Shown: positions 49,783 to 60,885 of the stretch, piece by piece
How the letters are laid out: the number at the start of each line of letters is the position of its first letter
Numbering within the stretch: the first letter of the stretch is position 1
NCBI GenBank assembly: GCA_019114445.1
Contig: DXFL01000012.1
Span: 1,027-65,026 of the forward strand
From: Candidatus Barnesiella excrementigallinarum
GTDB lineage: Bacteria; Bacteroidota; Bacteroidia; Bacteroidales; Barnesiellaceae
DNA: 64,000 bases
Direction: 5' to 3'
Position numbers and translations under genes: made by a program
The notes under the pieces: model-generated
What the model saw: the letters and a program-made list of their open reading frames with translations, nothing else
The model's database searches: none
What the model was told of the DNA's origin: nothing

Positions 49783-50637
49783 ATGAAGATATTCAAAACC
49801 ATAGCCCAATTGCAACAACAGCTCGATGCAGACCGGGCTGCCGGGAAAACAATAGGACTTGTACCTACCATGGGGGCTTTGCACAACGGACACTTGCAAC
49901 TGGTAAAAGCCAGTGTTGCCAATAACGATGTGACCGTGGTAAGCATATTTGTCAACCCTACACAATTCAACGACAAAAACGACTTGCTGCTCTATCCCCG
50001 AACTCTCGACCAAGATTGCCGCTTGCTCGAATCGGTGAACTGCAACTATGCTTTCGCCCCATCGGTCGAAGAGATCTACCCTACCGAAGACACTCGGGTA
50101 TTCAATTTAGGTAAAGTTGCCGAAGTGATGGAAGGGAAATATCGTCCGGGACACTTCAACGGTGTAGCACAAATCGTAAGCAAACTGTTCGATATGGTCA
50201 ACCCCGACAATGCCTACTTCGGCGAAAAAGATTTCCAGCAGATTGCGGTTATCCGGGCCATGGCGGCTCAACTGGGGTACAAATTCAACATCGTTGCCGT
50301 GCCTATCGTGCGCGAAGCCGACGGACTGGCTTTGAGCAGCCGAAACACCCGATTGACCGAATCGCAACGAAGAAATGCACCTAAAATAGCCGAGACTTTA
50401 TTTAAAAGTCGTACCTTTGCCACCAACCATTCGGTGAAAGAGACAATCGACGAGGTGGTCGCCACCATCAATGCCATACCCGAAATGCGCGTCGAATACT
50501 ACGAAATAGTCGATGGGAATACATTGCTCCCCATCAAGGAGTGGAACGAATCGGATTATATCGTAGGGTGCATAACGGTATACAACGGCGAAGTGAGGCT
50601 GATCGACAACATCGCTTATCGACGTCCCGAACAATAA
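49783..50637 (+). CDS. panC: Pantoate-beta-alanine ligase
   Basis: '[11 protein letters not shown]', 'SIFVNPTQF', 'RPGHFNGV', 'FGEKDFQQ', 'LALSSRN', 'RLIDN'. Confidence 0.97.
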   Translation: MKIFKTIAQLQQQLDADRAAGKTIGLVPTMGALHNGHLQLVKASVANNDVTVVSIFVNPTQFNDKNDLLLYPRTLDQDCRLLESVNCNYAFAPSVEEIYPTEDTRVFNLGKVAEVMEGKYRPGHFNGVAQIVSKLFDMVNPDNAYFGEKDFQQIAVIRAMAAQLGYKFNIVAVPIVREADGLALSSRNTRLTESQRRNAPKIAETLFKSRTFATNHSVKETIDEVVATINAIPEMRVEYYEIVDGNTLLPIKEWNESDYIVGCITVYNGEVRLIDNIAYRRPEQ

Positions 50638-50649
50638 CTTGAAAAAACC

Positions 50650-51000
50650 ATGTTTATAGAGGTCGTAAAATCAAAAATTCACAGAGTTACCGTCACTCAG
50701 GCAAATCTCAACTACATCGGGAGTATCACGATTGACGAGGATTTAATGGATGCGGCAAACATTATCGCCAACGAAAAAGTTTCCATCGTAAACAACAACA
50801 ATGGAGAACGATTCGAGACCTATGTCATCAAAGGCGAACGGGGTTCGGGGGTTATTTGCCTCAACGGAGCCGCAGCCCGCAAAGTACAGCCGGGCGACAT
50901 TGTCATTATCATGGCCTATGCCCTGATGACACCCGAAGAGGCTCGGGAGTTTACCCCTGCTGTCATCTTCCCCGACACGGCCACAAACAAACTGATATAA
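50650..51000 (+). CDS. panD: Aspartate 1-decarboxylase
   Basis: '[10 protein letters not shown]', 'YIGSITID' cleavage site, 'NGERFETY', 'LNGAAAR'. Confidence 0.97.
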   Translation: MFIEVVKSKIHRVTVTQANLNYIGSITIDEDLMDAANIIANEKVSIVNNNNGERFETYVIKGERGSGVICLNGAAARKVQPGDIVIIMAYALMTPEEAREFTPAVIFPDTATNKLI

Positions 51001-51018
51001 CCGAATAACCCACATACG

Positions 51019-51051
51019 AATGCCTGCCCGATTCGTCGGGTGGGCATTTTT
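51019..51051 (+). terminator. Terminator after panD
   Basis: AATGCCTGCCCGA TTCG TCGGGTGGGCATTTTT. Confidence 0.8.
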
Positions 51052-51084
51052 AATATACAACCAACAACTCTACCGGACACCGAT

Positions 51085-52407
51085 ATGTACAGCCGTAAAG
51101 AAATTTGGGGAATCTCGCTTCCCATATTGGTAAGCCTTTTTGTTCAAAACCTCATCAATATCACCGACACCGCCTTTATGGGACGTGTAGGGCAAATAGA
51201 ATTGGGAGCATCGGCTTTGGCCGGCGTGCTATATCTTGCCTTCTATATGGTCACTTTCGGGTTTAGTACCGGAGCGCAGATTCTCATGGCTCGGCGCAAC
51301 GGCGAGGGCAAATACAATTCACTGGGGCCTATCATGGGGCAAGGCACCCTGTTTTTGACACTTTTCTCGGTCGCTCTTATCGTCGCCTCGCTACTATGGA
51401 CCCCCCAACTGCTCAAACTGCTCATCTCCTCTCCTGCGGTCTGCCAAGCCGGCGAAGACTATATGAAATACCGCATATTCGGACTGCTGTTTACCTCGAT
51501 AGGAATCATGTTCCGAGCCTTCTTCGTAGCCATCACCCGAACCCGCGTATTGATGGTCAACGCCGTCATTATGACCGTAGCCAATATCCTGTTCAACTAC
51601 ATTTTCGTATTCGGTAATTTCGGAGCTCCTGCCATGGGCATTGCCGGGGCAGCCATCGGGTCGGTACTGGCCGAAGCGACTGCCGCACTGCACTTTTTCC
51701 TCTACACGCTCTTTTGTATCGACCGGCAAAAATACCAACTCTCCCGATTCCGATTCGAAGGCCTCGGGCTCATTCGCGAGATATTAAATGTATCGGTATG
51801 GAGCATGATTCTCTATTTCCTCACCATAGGTACATGGTTCCTCTTTTTCGTAGCCGTAGAACATTTGGGCGAGTTGCCGTTAGCCATCTCGAATATCATT
51901 CGCAGCACCTCTACCCTGCTATTCATGCCGGTCAACGCCTTCGGAGCCACCGCCTGCACCCTCGTAAGCAACGCGATGGGAGCCCACCGTGCCGACGACG
52001 TAATACCCATTATACGGCGTATCATAAAAATGTGCTACGCCATCGTATTGCCACTCATCGCCCTGCTATGCCTTATCCCGCAAATCATACTGCTCATCTA
52101 TACCAACGACAGCGCACTCATTGCCAGTTGCATACCCTCGGTCTACGTCATGTCGGCATACTATCTCTTAGCGTTGCCGGGCAATATACTGTTCCAATCG
52201 GTATCGGGGACAGGCGATACCCGCACCGCTTTTTTCATCGAAATGGTAACCATTGTCTTTTACACACTGGCCATCTATTGGATTATCGAATTTAACCGGG
52301 TCGACATAGCTTTCTGCTGGAGCGTAGAATATCTCTATTGGGGTTTCAAACTGGTTCTGTCGTTCCTCTTTTTCAAAAAGGCCAACTGGAAAGCAAAAAA
52401 AATTTGA
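51085..52407 (+). CDS. MATE family efflux transporter
   Basis: 'ISLPILVSLFVQNLINITDTAFMGRVG', 12-TM pattern, 'SGTGDT', 'KANWKAKKI'. Confidence 0.92.
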   Translation: MYSRKEIWGISLPILVSLFVQNLINITDTAFMGRVGQIELGASALAGVLYLAFYMVTFGFSTGAQILMARRNGEGKYNSLGPIMGQGTLFLTLFSVALIVASLLWTPQLLKLLISSPAVCQAGEDYMKYRIFGLLFTSIGIMFRAFFVAITRTRVLMVNAVIMTVANILFNYIFVFGNFGAPAMGIAGAAIGSVLAEATAALHFFLYTLFCIDRQKYQLSRFRFEGLGLIREILNVSVWSMILYFLTIGTWFLFFVAVEHLGELPLAISNIIRSTSTLLFMPVNAFGATACTLVSNAMGAHRADDVIPIIRRIIKMCYAIVLPLIALLCLIPQIILLIYTNDSALIASCIPSVYVMSAYYLLALPGNILFQSVSGTGDTRTAFFIEMVTIVFYTLAIYWIIEFNRVDIAFCWSVEYLYWGFKLVLSFLFFKKANWKAKKI

Positions 52408-52586
52408 CAACCGCTTCACACCGGTAGAAGCCGACCACTCAGGCCGCATTCCCCCGGGGGAGACCATTACTCGGCGAGAGATATTACAATTAATGTTATT
52501 CTTTCGTTTTTATTCGCATATTCCGCCGATTTTGAGTAATTTTGCACCGATTTTATCCATCAGTATAAAAATTTTGTTCTAAAACT

Positions 52587-53909
52587 ATGTTTGAAAACCT
52601 TAGTGAAAGACTCGAACGGTCTTTTAAAATATTGAAAGGTGAAGGCAAAATCACCGAAATCAACGTGGCCGAAACGCTGAAAGATGTGCGCCGTGCCCTG
52701 CTCGATGCCGATGTCAACTACAAAGTGGCCAAGCAATTTACCGATACCGTCAAGGCCAAAGCGCTGGGACAAGACGTACTCACCGCCGTGAAGCCGGGTC
52801 AGTTGATGGTAAAGATTGTCCACGACGAATTGGCTGCCTTGATGGGTGGCGAAACTGCCGACATCAATCTGTCGCAAAATCCGTCGATTATCCTCATGTC
52901 GGGTTTGCAAGGTTCGGGTAAAACCACCTTCTCGGGAAAACTGGCCAAAATGTTGAAATCGAAAAAGGCCAAACGCCCCCTGTTGGTAGCTTGCGACGTA
53001 TACCGTCCTGCCGCCATCGAACAGTTGAAGGTATTGGGCGAACAAATCGAAGTTCCCGTCTACACCGAACCCGACAGTAAAGATCCGGTGAGCATTGCAG
53101 CCAACGCTGTGAAATATGCCAAAGAGAACCATTTCGATTTGGTGATTGTCGATACGGCCGGCCGACTGGCTATCGACGAGCAAATGATGAACGAAATCGA
53201 GGCTATCAAGAAAAAGATAAACCCCACCGAAATCCTCTTCGTTGTCGACTCGATGACCGGACAGGATGCGGTAAACACAGCCAAAGAATTTAACGACCGG
53301 CTCGATTTCAACGGCGTGGTACTGACCAAACTCGACGGTGATACCCGCGGTGGTGCCGCCCTATCGATTCGCACGGTAGTCGACAAGCCCATCAAATTCA
53401 TCGGTACCGGCGAAAAACTCGAAGCCATCGACTACTTCCACCCTGCCCGTATGGCCGACCGTATCTTGGGTATGGGCGACATCGTTTCGCTGGTGGAACG
53501 GGCTCAGGAACAATACGACGAAGAAGAGGCCAAACGCTTGCAGAAGAAGATTGCCAAAAACCAATTCGACTTCAACGACTTCCTCAGCCAAATACACCAA
53601 ATCAAGAAAATGGGTAACCTCAAAGATTTGGCATCGATGATTCCCGGTGTGGGTAAAGCCATTAAAGACATGGATATCGACGACAACGCATTCAAAAGTA
53701 TCGAAGCCATTATCTACTCGATGACACCCAAAGAGCGGAGCAATCCCGAAGTCCTCAACGGCACTCGCCGACAACGGATCGCCGCCGGTAGCGGCACCTC
53801 GATACAAGAGGTCAACCGCCTCATCAAGCAGTTTGACCAAACCCGCAAGATGATGCGAATGGTGACCCAAAACAAAGGAGCCATGATGAAAGGATTCAAA
53901 CGGAAATAA
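52587..53909 (+). CDS. ffh: Signal recognition particle protein
   Basis: 'MFENLSERL', 'GLQGSGKTT', 'DVYRPAA', 'DTAGR', 'TKLDGD', 'RILGMGD'; -7 box TAATTTTG at 52537. Confidence 0.98.
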   Translation: MFENLSERLERSFKILKGEGKITEINVAETLKDVRRALLDADVNYKVAKQFTDTVKAKALGQDVLTAVKPGQLMVKIVHDELAALMGGETADINLSQNPSIILMSGLQGSGKTTFSGKLAKMLKSKKAKRPLLVACDVYRPAAIEQLKVLGEQIEVPVYTEPDSKDPVSIAANAVKYAKENHFDLVIVDTAGRLAIDEQMMNEIEAIKKKINPTEILFVVDSMTGQDAVNTAKEFNDRLDFNGVVLTKLDGDTRGGAALSIRTVVDKPIKFIGTGEKLEAIDYFHPARMADRILGMGDIVSLVERAQEQYDEEEAKRLQKKIAKNQFDFNDFLSQIHQIKKMGNLKDLASMIPGVGKAIKDMDIDDNAFKSIEAIIYSMTPKERSNPEVLNGTRRQRIAAGSGTSIQEVNRLIKQFDQTRKMMRMVTQNKGAMMKGFKRK

Positions 53910-54015
53910 AATTTAATATCAACCATGAAACTGCCGGATATACTCTCCACCCCAACCGATTGCCACAAGGCAAATAGAGAGTGTGTCCGGCAGTTTTTTA
54001 TACAAACTCATTCCT

Positions 54016-54897
54016 ATGCAACTAATCGACGGAAAAGCGGTGGCCGACCGCATTAAACAAGAAATCGCCCAAGAAGTAACCGACATTTGCAATGCCGGCG
54101 GCAAACGCCCCCACTTGGCGGCCGTACTGATAGGACACGACGGTGGCAGTGAGACGTATGTGGCCCACAAGGTAAAAGCCTGCGAACAATGCGGATTCAA
54201 ATCGACCCTGATCCGCTACGAAAACGACGTAACCGAAGAAGAACTGCTGCGCCGGGTCGACGAGTTGAACAACGACCCCGACATCGACGGCTTCATCGTC
54301 CAACTGCCTCTGCCCAAACACATCTCGGAACAGAAGGTCATCGAGGCCATCGACTACCGCAAGGACGTGGACGGATTCCACCCCGTAAACGTAGGCCGTA
54401 TGTCGATAGGACTGCCCTGCTTCGTATCGGCCACCCCGGCCGGCATTATGGAGCTGCTGGCCCGTTACAACATCGAAACTAAGGGCAAACACTGCGTAGT
54501 GCTGGGCCGCAGCAACATCGTGGGGAAACCCGTGGCTACGCTCATGATGCAAAAAGCCTATCCGGGCAACGCCACCGTAACGGTATGCCACAGCGCAACC
54601 CCAAACATCAAAGAGATATGCCGCACGGCCGACATTATCATCGCCGCCCTCGGCTCACCCGAATTTGTAACAGCCGATATGGTGAAGGAGGGTGCCGTGA
54701 TTATCGACGTAGGCACCACCCGCGTACCCGACGCTTCGAAAAAATCGGGATTCAAACTTACCGGCGATGTGAAATTCAGCGAGGTTGCCCCCCTCTGCTC
54801 GTTCATCACCCCCGTCCCCGGTGGCGTAGGCCCCATGACCATCGTTTCGCTCATGCGCAACACACTGCTGGCCGGTAAAAAAGCCATCTATCAATAA
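54016..54897 (+). CDS. folD: Methylenetetrahydrofolate dehydrogenase/cyclohydrolase
   Basis: 'LIDGK', 'VQLPLP', 'KDVDGFHP', 'GRSNIVGKP', '[11 protein letters not shown]'. Confidence 0.97.
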   Translation: MQLIDGKAVADRIKQEIAQEVTDICNAGGKRPHLAAVLIGHDGGSETYVAHKVKACEQCGFKSTLIRYENDVTEEELLRRVDELNNDPDIDGFIVQLPLPKHISEQKVIEAIDYRKDVDGFHPVNVGRMSIGLPCFVSATPAGIMELLARYNIETKGKHCVVLGRSNIVGKPVATLMMQKAYPGNATVTVCHSATPNIKEICRTADIIIAALGSPEFVTADMVKEGAVIIDVGTTRVPDASKKSGFKLTGDVKFSEVAPLCSFITPVPGGVGPMTIVSLMRNTLLAGKKAIYQ

Positions 54898-54905
54898 CCA
54901 CGGCT

Positions 54906-55988
54906 ATGATAGGGCTGGTCACCTTTTTAGCTCCGCTTTTGTTAGGGCAAACTCCGGTACTTCCCGCTACCGAAGTTTCCCTGCTTTTCGCGGGCGACGC
55001 CATGCAACACCAAGCCCAAATAACCTCGGCACGAACGGCCGAAGGCTACGACTACACCGGTTGTTTCGAAGCGATAACCGACGAGGTTGCCGCAGCCGAC
55101 TATGCCGTAGTCAATTTGGAAGTCCCTGCCGGCGGAGCCCCCTACACGGGCTATCCCTGCTTCTCGGCTCCCGACGAGTTTCCCATCGCCTTGCAACAGG
55201 CAGGATTCGACCTCTTTCTCACAGCCAACAACCATTGCCTCGACCGTTATTCCCGCGGAGCACAACGAACCCTGCACGTGCTCGACTCCATAGGTGTCGA
55301 CCACGTCGGCACATACGCCTCGCCGGAACTCTCCGAACGGTTTCACCCGCTTATGGTCCAAATAAAGGGAATACGAACCGCCTTCCTCAATTACACCTAC
55401 GGCACCAACGGATTCACCCCTACTCCGCCCCTTACCGTCAATTACATCGACCGGGAGCACCTCAAAAAAGAGATACGCCGGGCCAAAGATTTGAAAGCCG
55501 AACTGATTGTCGCCTGCCTGCATTGGGGCGACGAATACCAACTATTACCCAACAAGCAACAAAAAGAGTTGGCCGATTGGCTGGTCGACGAAGGGGTACA
55601 ACTGATCATCGGCGCTCACCCTCATGTGATACAACCGATGGAATTGCGTCACGACGCACAAGGCAATCCACAAGCATTGATTGTCTATTCGCTGGGGAAT
55701 TTTATCTCGAACATGAAAACCCGCGATACCGTAGGGGGATCGCTGGTGAAAGTCACGATTGCCCGCGATCCCATGAACCGAGTGGTCTTGCAATCGGCTC
55801 AATACACGCTGGTCTATACCCGTCGCCCCTCCTCGCCAACCGAAAACTTCAAAGTCGTTCCTGCCGAACAGGAGTTACAAGCGCACCCCTATCGGCCTCA
55901 TCTGAAAGGATTTCTACAAAAAGCCCGCGAAATATTCTCGAAATACAACAAGGGAGTGAAGGAATATTTTATAAAAACAGCCGATTGA
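54906..55988 (+). CDS. CapA family metallophosphoesterase
   Basis: 'FAGDAMQH', 'NLE', 'ANNHCLD', 'LHWGDEY', 'GAHPHV', 'YSLGNF'. Confidence 0.92.
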   Translation: MIGLVTFLAPLLLGQTPVLPATEVSLLFAGDAMQHQAQITSARTAEGYDYTGCFEAITDEVAAADYAVVNLEVPAGGAPYTGYPCFSAPDEFPIALQQAGFDLFLTANNHCLDRYSRGAQRTLHVLDSIGVDHVGTYASPELSERFHPLMVQIKGIRTAFLNYTYGTNGFTPTPPLTVNYIDREHLKKEIRRAKDLKAELIVACLHWGDEYQLLPNKQQKELADWLVDEGVQLIIGAHPHVIQPMELRHDAQGNPQALIVYSLGNFISNMKTRDTVGGSLVKVTIARDPMNRVVLQSAQYTLVYTRRPSSPTENFKVVPAEQELQAHPYRPHLKGFLQKAREIFSKYNKGVKEYFIKTAD

Positions 55989-56032
55989 GACCCATACCGT
56001 ACTCCCCGCGGCAACCGGTAAATACAAAAAAA

Positions 56033-56941
56033 TTAAACCGACTTACTACACCCATCGATATACCCGATAATCGCCTCCTTATCGTCGGGCGAGAACCAGC
56101 GCATATCGGGATCCTTTTTGTACCAAGTAACCTGTTTTTTGGAGTAGACCCGGGTATTGCGTTTGATCTTTTCCACCGCTTCGTCGAGGGTCATCGTCCC
56201 ATCGAAATAGGCAAACAACTCCTTATATCCCACCGTGTTAAGCGAATTGAGGTGTCGCAAGGGATAGACCCGGCGCGCCTCATCGAGCAAGCCTTCGGAG
56301 ATCATCTGCCCGGTGCGGCGAGCAATCCGCTCGAAAAGCTCTTCCCGGGGACGAATCAACCCGATTTTGACTATACGAAACGGGCGTTCCTTAACCTGCC
56401 GGGTACGCAAATCGCTATACCTACCGCCCGTCTGCCGACAAATCTCAATGGCATGAATCACCCGCTTGTGATTCTTCAAATCCACCTCATTATAATAGAC
56501 CGGGTCAAGACGTTTAAGCTCCTCGCACAAAGCTTCGAGCCCCACTTGCCGATAATGCTCCACCACCTCGCGGCGAATCTCGTCGGTAATGGTAGGTATA
56601 TCGTCTATACCCTTGCACACGGCATCGATATACATCATCGAGCCCCCGGTAAGCAGCACATAATCGTGAGTCGTAAAAAGGGTATCGAGCAGACGCAATA
56701 CCTCCTCTTCGTAGCACGAGGCACTGTAATAGTCGGTCAACGCCAACTGCCCTACAAAATAGTGTTTCACACGAGCCAACTGCTCGGCGGTGGGCGCAGC
56801 CGTGCCGATGGGAATGTCGCGGTAGAATTGCCGACTGTCGGCCGACACGATGGGACACCCGTAATGCTCGGCCAGTTGCAGGCTAAGCTCGGTCTTTCCC
56901 ACCCCGGTAGGCCCGGTAAGCACAATTAAAGTACCCGACAT
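56033..56941 (-). CDS. miaA: tRNA dimethylallyltransferase
   Basis: 'GPTGVGKT', 'SADSRQ', 'IGTAAP', 'GGSMMY', 'LNTVGYKE', 'YSKKQVTW'. Confidence 0.96.
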   Translation of the reverse strand: MSGTLIVLTGPTGVGKTELSLQLAEHYGCPIVSADSRQFYRDIPIGTAAPTAEQLARVKHYFVGQLALTDYYSASCYEEEVLRLLDTLFTTHDYVLLTGGSMMYIDAVCKGIDDIPTITDEIRREVVEHYRQVGLEALCEELKRLDPVYYNEVDLKNHKRVIHAIEICRQTGGRYSDLRTRQVKERPFRIVKIGLIRPREELFERIARRTGQMISEGLLDEARRVYPLRHLNSLNTVGYKELFAYFDGTMTLDEAVEKIKRNTRVYSKKQVTWYKKDPDMRWFSPDDKEAIIGYIDGCSKSV

Positions 56942-57014
56942 AAACACATCTGCTAAAAAAAGGAACAGACAGGGGAGTATATACCCCTATCTGTTCGCTC
57001 TCGGTAAAATACAA

Positions 57015-58235
57015 TTATTTCTCGGCTACCATTTTGGCAATTTGGACAATCACCTCGGTAGCTTTTTCCATCGACTGTATGGGCACGAACTCATAACGTC
57101 CGTGGAAGTTGAGCCCGCCGGCAAAGATATTGGGGCAAGGCAAACCCTTGAACGACAACTGGGCGCCATCGGTACCGCCGCGCACCGGTTTCACCTGAGG
57201 CACGACATCGACAGCCCGCATAGCCTCCGACACAAGATCGACAATGTGCATCACGGGCTCTACCTTTTCACGCATATTGTAATACTGGTCGTTTATCTCG
57301 ATACTGGCACAATCGGGGAACTCGTTGTTGATTTTGCGGGTCAAATGTTCCAACTCTTTTTTCCGACGCTCGAAACGGTCGCGGTCGTGATCGCGGATAA
57401 TATAAGTCAACACCGTTTGCTCTACATTGCCTTCGAACGAAATGAGGTGATAGAAACCTTCGTAACCCTCGGTATGTTCGGGAGTTTCCCAACGGGGCAA
57501 CATAATGGCATATTGGTTGGCAATACGAATCGAGTTGATCATCTTGTGCTTGGCATATCCCGGGTGAACGTTGCGTCCCTTGAATGTAATCCGAGCCACG
57601 GCCGCATTGAAATTTTCATATTCCAACTCGCCTATCTCGCCGCCGTCCATCGTATAGGCCCAATCGGCACCGAAAGCCTCGACATCGAACTTATGAGCCC
57701 CCTTGCCGATCTCCTCGTCGGGATTGAAAGCCACCCTAATTTTCCCATGTTTGATTTCGGGGTGAGCCAACAGATACTCCATAGCGGTAACAATCTCGGC
57801 AATACCGGCCTTGTCGTCGGCACCCAACAACGTCTTTCCATTGGTCACAATAAGGTCTTGTCCTACATAATGTAGCAATTCGGGAAATTCGGTCGGACGG
57901 AGTACCACATTGTCCTCGGCACACAATACAATGTCGTTGCCACCGTAATTTTTTACAATGCGGGGCGACACATGACGGCCCGACAAATCGGGGCTCGTAT
58001 CGAGGTGGGCAATAAACCCAACCACAGGCACCTGCTTGTCGATATTGGCAGGCAACGTAGCCATCAAATAGCCGTTATCGTCGAGGGTCACATCGGTGAG
58101 CCCTATGCGTTTCAATTCTTCGGCCAAAGCCTGAGCAAATATCATCTGCCCCGGCGTACTGGGTGTCATGTTGGTAAGTTCGTCCGACTGGGTATCGAAA
58201 CTTACATAATGGAGAAAACGATCTACTAAATTCAT
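57015..58235 (-). CDS. pepT: Peptidase T
   Basis: '[10 protein letters not shown]', 'LGADDKAG', 'PDEEIG', 'RGGTDG', 'NFHGRYE'. Confidence 0.96.
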   Translation of the reverse strand: MNLVDRFLHYVSFDTQSDELTNMTPSTPGQMIFAQALAEELKRIGLTDVTLDDNGYLMATLPANIDKQVPVVGFIAHLDTSPDLSGRHVSPRIVKNYGGNDIVLCAEDNVVLRPTEFPELLHYVGQDLIVTNGKTLLGADDKAGIAEIVTAMEYLLAHPEIKHGKIRVAFNPDEEIGKGAHKFDVEAFGADWAYTMDGGEIGELEYENFNAAVARITFKGRNVHPGYAKHKMINSIRIANQYAIMLPRWETPEHTEGYEGFYHLISFEGNVEQTVLTYIIRDHDRDRFERRKKELEHLTRKINNEFPDCASIEINDQYYNMREKVEPVMHIVDLVSEAMRAVDVVPQVKPVRGGTDGAQLSFKGLPCPNIFAGGLNFHGRYEFVPIQSMEKATEVIVQIAKMVAEK

Positions 58236-58358
58236 CGTATATGTTTTTTTATTGGTTTTTCCTATTCCAAAAACGAGGTCGATGGATTATCCAACCGACG
58301 AACAAAGGTAAAAAAATTTTTTCTTACATTTGCACTACCGCATTCAAAAGTGGGAAGT

Positions 58359-59201
58359 ATGGCCAAAAAGAGGAAAAAGAGAAAAAAATCGTCGAACAAA
58401 CGCGTTGTGCCGGCAATCTTGTTGCTGTTGCTGCTTATCGGTTGCGGTATGTGGCACATGAAACAGACCCGGCAAAACCCGTCGCCCGCTACTTCACAAA
58501 TCCTGCCCCACATACCCAATGCCGAAATGGCTCAAACTCCCGCAAGCCGAACAGAGCAAATACTACGCCGCACGGGCTACATCGTGTCGTACAACGCCCG
58601 ATGGAAACAGCCCAACTGGGTGGGCTACGAACTGCTGCGCAGCGAACTGCAAGGCTCGTCCACACGCACCGACCAATTCCTCACCGACCCCGACGTCACC
58701 GGCATACCGGCCAATACCCGCGACTACACCCGCAGTGGATACGACCGGGGACACATGGCGCCTGCCGCCGATATGAAATGGAGCGACAAAGCAATGGAAG
58801 AGTCGTTCCTCCTCACCAACATCTGCCCGCAAAGCCCCGGATTGAACCGAGGCCGCTGGAAAGAACTGGAAGAACAAGTACGTGAATGGGCTCGCCGCGA
58901 CAGTGCCCTGCTTATCGTCTGCGGTCCCATTGTCGACACATCGAAAAAAACTATCGGGCAGCACCAAATTGTCGTTCCCGACCGCTATTTCAAAGTCGTG
59001 GCAGCCCCCTACCTCGATACACCGCGAGGCATCGCGTTCCTCTTCGACAACAGCAACGACCAACCCTCGATGAAAGCATTAGCAATCCCCATCGACAGCG
59101 TAGAAAAAATAACCGGGATAGACTTCTTCTACCTTCTGCCCGACAGCATAGAAACCCAAATCGAAAGCAATATATCGCCCGAATTATGGAACTTGAACTA
59201 A
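58359..59201 (+). CDS. DNA/RNA non-specific endonuclease, membrane anchored
   Basis: 'YDRGHMAPAAD', 'FLLTNICPQ', 'LNRGRWKELEE'; basic N-terminus plus TM helix. Confidence 0.93.
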   Translation: MAKKRKKRKKSSNKRVVPAILLLLLLIGCGMWHMKQTRQNPSPATSQILPHIPNAEMAQTPASRTEQILRRTGYIVSYNARWKQPNWVGYELLRSELQGSSTRTDQFLTDPDVTGIPANTRDYTRSGYDRGHMAPAADMKWSDKAMEESFLLTNICPQSPGLNRGRWKELEEQVREWARRDSALLIVCGPIVDTSKKTIGQHQIVVPDRYFKVVAAPYLDTPRGIAFLFDNSNDQPSMKALAIPIDSVEKITGIDFFYLLPDSIETQIESNISPELWNLN

Positions 59202-60616
59202 ATACAAACCACCCCGAAGATACCATCTGCGCCATCTCTACCGCACCCGGTCGAGGCGGCATTGCAGTCATTCGCGTAAGCGGAACGGAAGCCATTTGCA
59301 TAACCGACCGCATATTCCACGCCGCCAACGGCAAACCATTGGCCCAAGCGAAACCCAATACTGCCCACTACGGGAGTATCGTCGACGACGACGGTAAACC
59401 CCTCGACGACGTCATCGCCACCCTCTTCGTCGCCCCCCACTCCTTCACCGGCGAAGATACCGTAGAGCTATCGTGCCACGGCTCCACCTATATACAACAG
59501 CAAATCGTCGCCCTGCTGCTGCGAAAAGGCTGCCGGCTCGCCCAACCCGGCGAGTTTACCCGACGCGCCTTTACCAACGGCAAACTCGACCTCTCGCAAG
59601 CCGAAGCCGTAGCCGACCTTATCGCCTCCACCTCGGCCGCCTCGCACCGCCTCGCCATACAACAAATGAGGGGAGGATTCAGCCGCGAACTGGCTCGGCT
59701 GCGAGAACAACTGCTCACTTTCGTTTCGCTCGTCGAACTCGAACTCGATTTCAGCGAAGAGGAGGTAGAATTTGCCGACCGACAGAAACTCACCGAACTG
59801 GCCCGCGAAATCGAACGCGTCATCAAACGGCTATCCGATTCGTTCAACCTCGGCAACGCCATTAAGAACGGCGTACCTACCGCCATCATTGGCGAGACCA
59901 ATGCCGGCAAATCGACCCTGCTCAACCGGCTGGTCAAAGAAGAGCGTGCCCTCGTATCCGACATCCACGGCACCACCCGCGACGTCATCGAAGATACCGT
60001 CGTACTGCAAGGCATCACCTTCCGCTTCATCGACACCGCAGGTATACGCGAAACCCACGACACCATCGAGAGCATGGGCATCGAACGCACCTTCCAAAAA
60101 CTCGACCAAGCCACCATCGTTATTTGGCTCATCGACGCCACACACCCCGCACACGAAATCGAAACCCTATCCGAAAAGATACTCCCCCGCTGTCACGGCA
60201 AACACCTCATCATCGCTTTCAACAAAGTCGACAAAATCGACGACGTCACCCAGCAGCAACTCACCCAACTGTACGAGCGCCTCACCCGCGAGATGAGCAA
60301 CACCTCGCTACTCTTCCTCTCGGCCTCGCACAACCAAAACATCGACACCCTCGAATCACTGCTTACCGACACCGTCAACCTGTCGAATACCGCCGAGAAC
60401 GACATAATTGTCACCAATGCACGCCACTACGAAGCCCTCATGCACGCCCACGACGCCATACAACGAACCCTCGACGGTCTGCAATCGGGCCTCTCCGGCG
60501 ACTTCCTCGCCCAAGACATTCGAGAATGTATGCACTACCTCGGCGAAATCACGGGCCAAATCTCCACCGACGAAATCCTCGGCACCATCTTCTCGAAGTT
60601 TTGCATCGGCAAGTAA
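59186..60616 (+). CDS. mnmE: tRNA modification GTPase
   Basis: 'TICAISTAPG', 'CHGS', 'GEFTRRAF', 'GETNAGKSTL', 'GTTRD', 'DTAGIR', 'FSKFCIGK*'; ATG 59186. Confidence 0.97.
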   Translation: MELELNTNHPEDTICAISTAPGRGGIAVIRVSGTEAICITDRIFHAANGKPLAQAKPNTAHYGSIVDDDGKPLDDVIATLFVAPHSFTGEDTVELSCHGSTYIQQQIVALLLRKGCRLAQPGEFTRRAFTNGKLDLSQAEAVADLIASTSAASHRLAIQQMRGGFSRELARLREQLLTFVSLVELELDFSEEEVEFADRQKLTELAREIERVIKRLSDSFNLGNAIKNGVPTAIIGETNAGKSTLLNRLVKEERALVSDIHGTTRDVIEDTVVLQGITFRFIDTAGIRETHDTIESMGIERTFQKLDQATIVIWLIDATHPAHEIETLSEKILPRCHGKHLIIAFNKVDKIDDVTQQQLTQLYERLTREMSNTSLLFLSASHNQNIDTLESLLTDTVNLSNTAENDIIVTNARHYEALMHAHDAIQRTLDGLQSGLSGDFLAQDIRECMHYLGEITGQISTDEILGTIFSKFCIGK

Positions 60617-60661
60617 ATGCTTTATTATCAAATAGTTAAATTGATTATAATCGATTAATAT

Positions 60662-60686
60662 GGCGCTCTTTACGGGCGCCTTTTTT
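60662..60686 (+). terminator. Terminator for mnmE inside the element end
   Basis: GGCGCTC TTTAC GGGCGCC TTTTTT. Confidence 0.7.
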
Positions 60687-60800
60687 GTTGCTCAAGTATC
60701 GTTGATAATCGTTGCCAAGCCTTTTTACGCCATTTTTTGTACCTCCTGTGTACCTCACCACGAAAATCCGAAGATTATCGTTGGCAAGGTCGTGGAGAAT

Positions 60801-60840
60801 GTTGACTATGGTTGACAATAGTTTACGATGGTTGACAAAA
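60801..60840 (+). repeat. Four tandem decamers (GTTGAC core), candidate Xis binding sites
   Basis: gttgactatg gttgacaata gtttacgatg gttgacaaaa; related gttgataatc gttgccaagc at 60701-60720. Confidence 0.7.
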
Positions 60841-60885
60841 AACAGGAGAAATGAAGGAGAATTAACCCCTAAATATTAAGTAAAA

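Noticed and set aside
55061-56929. 622-aa plus-strand ORF
   Set aside because: Alternative frame of the CapA gene plus antisense of miaA; R/P-rich with no motifs
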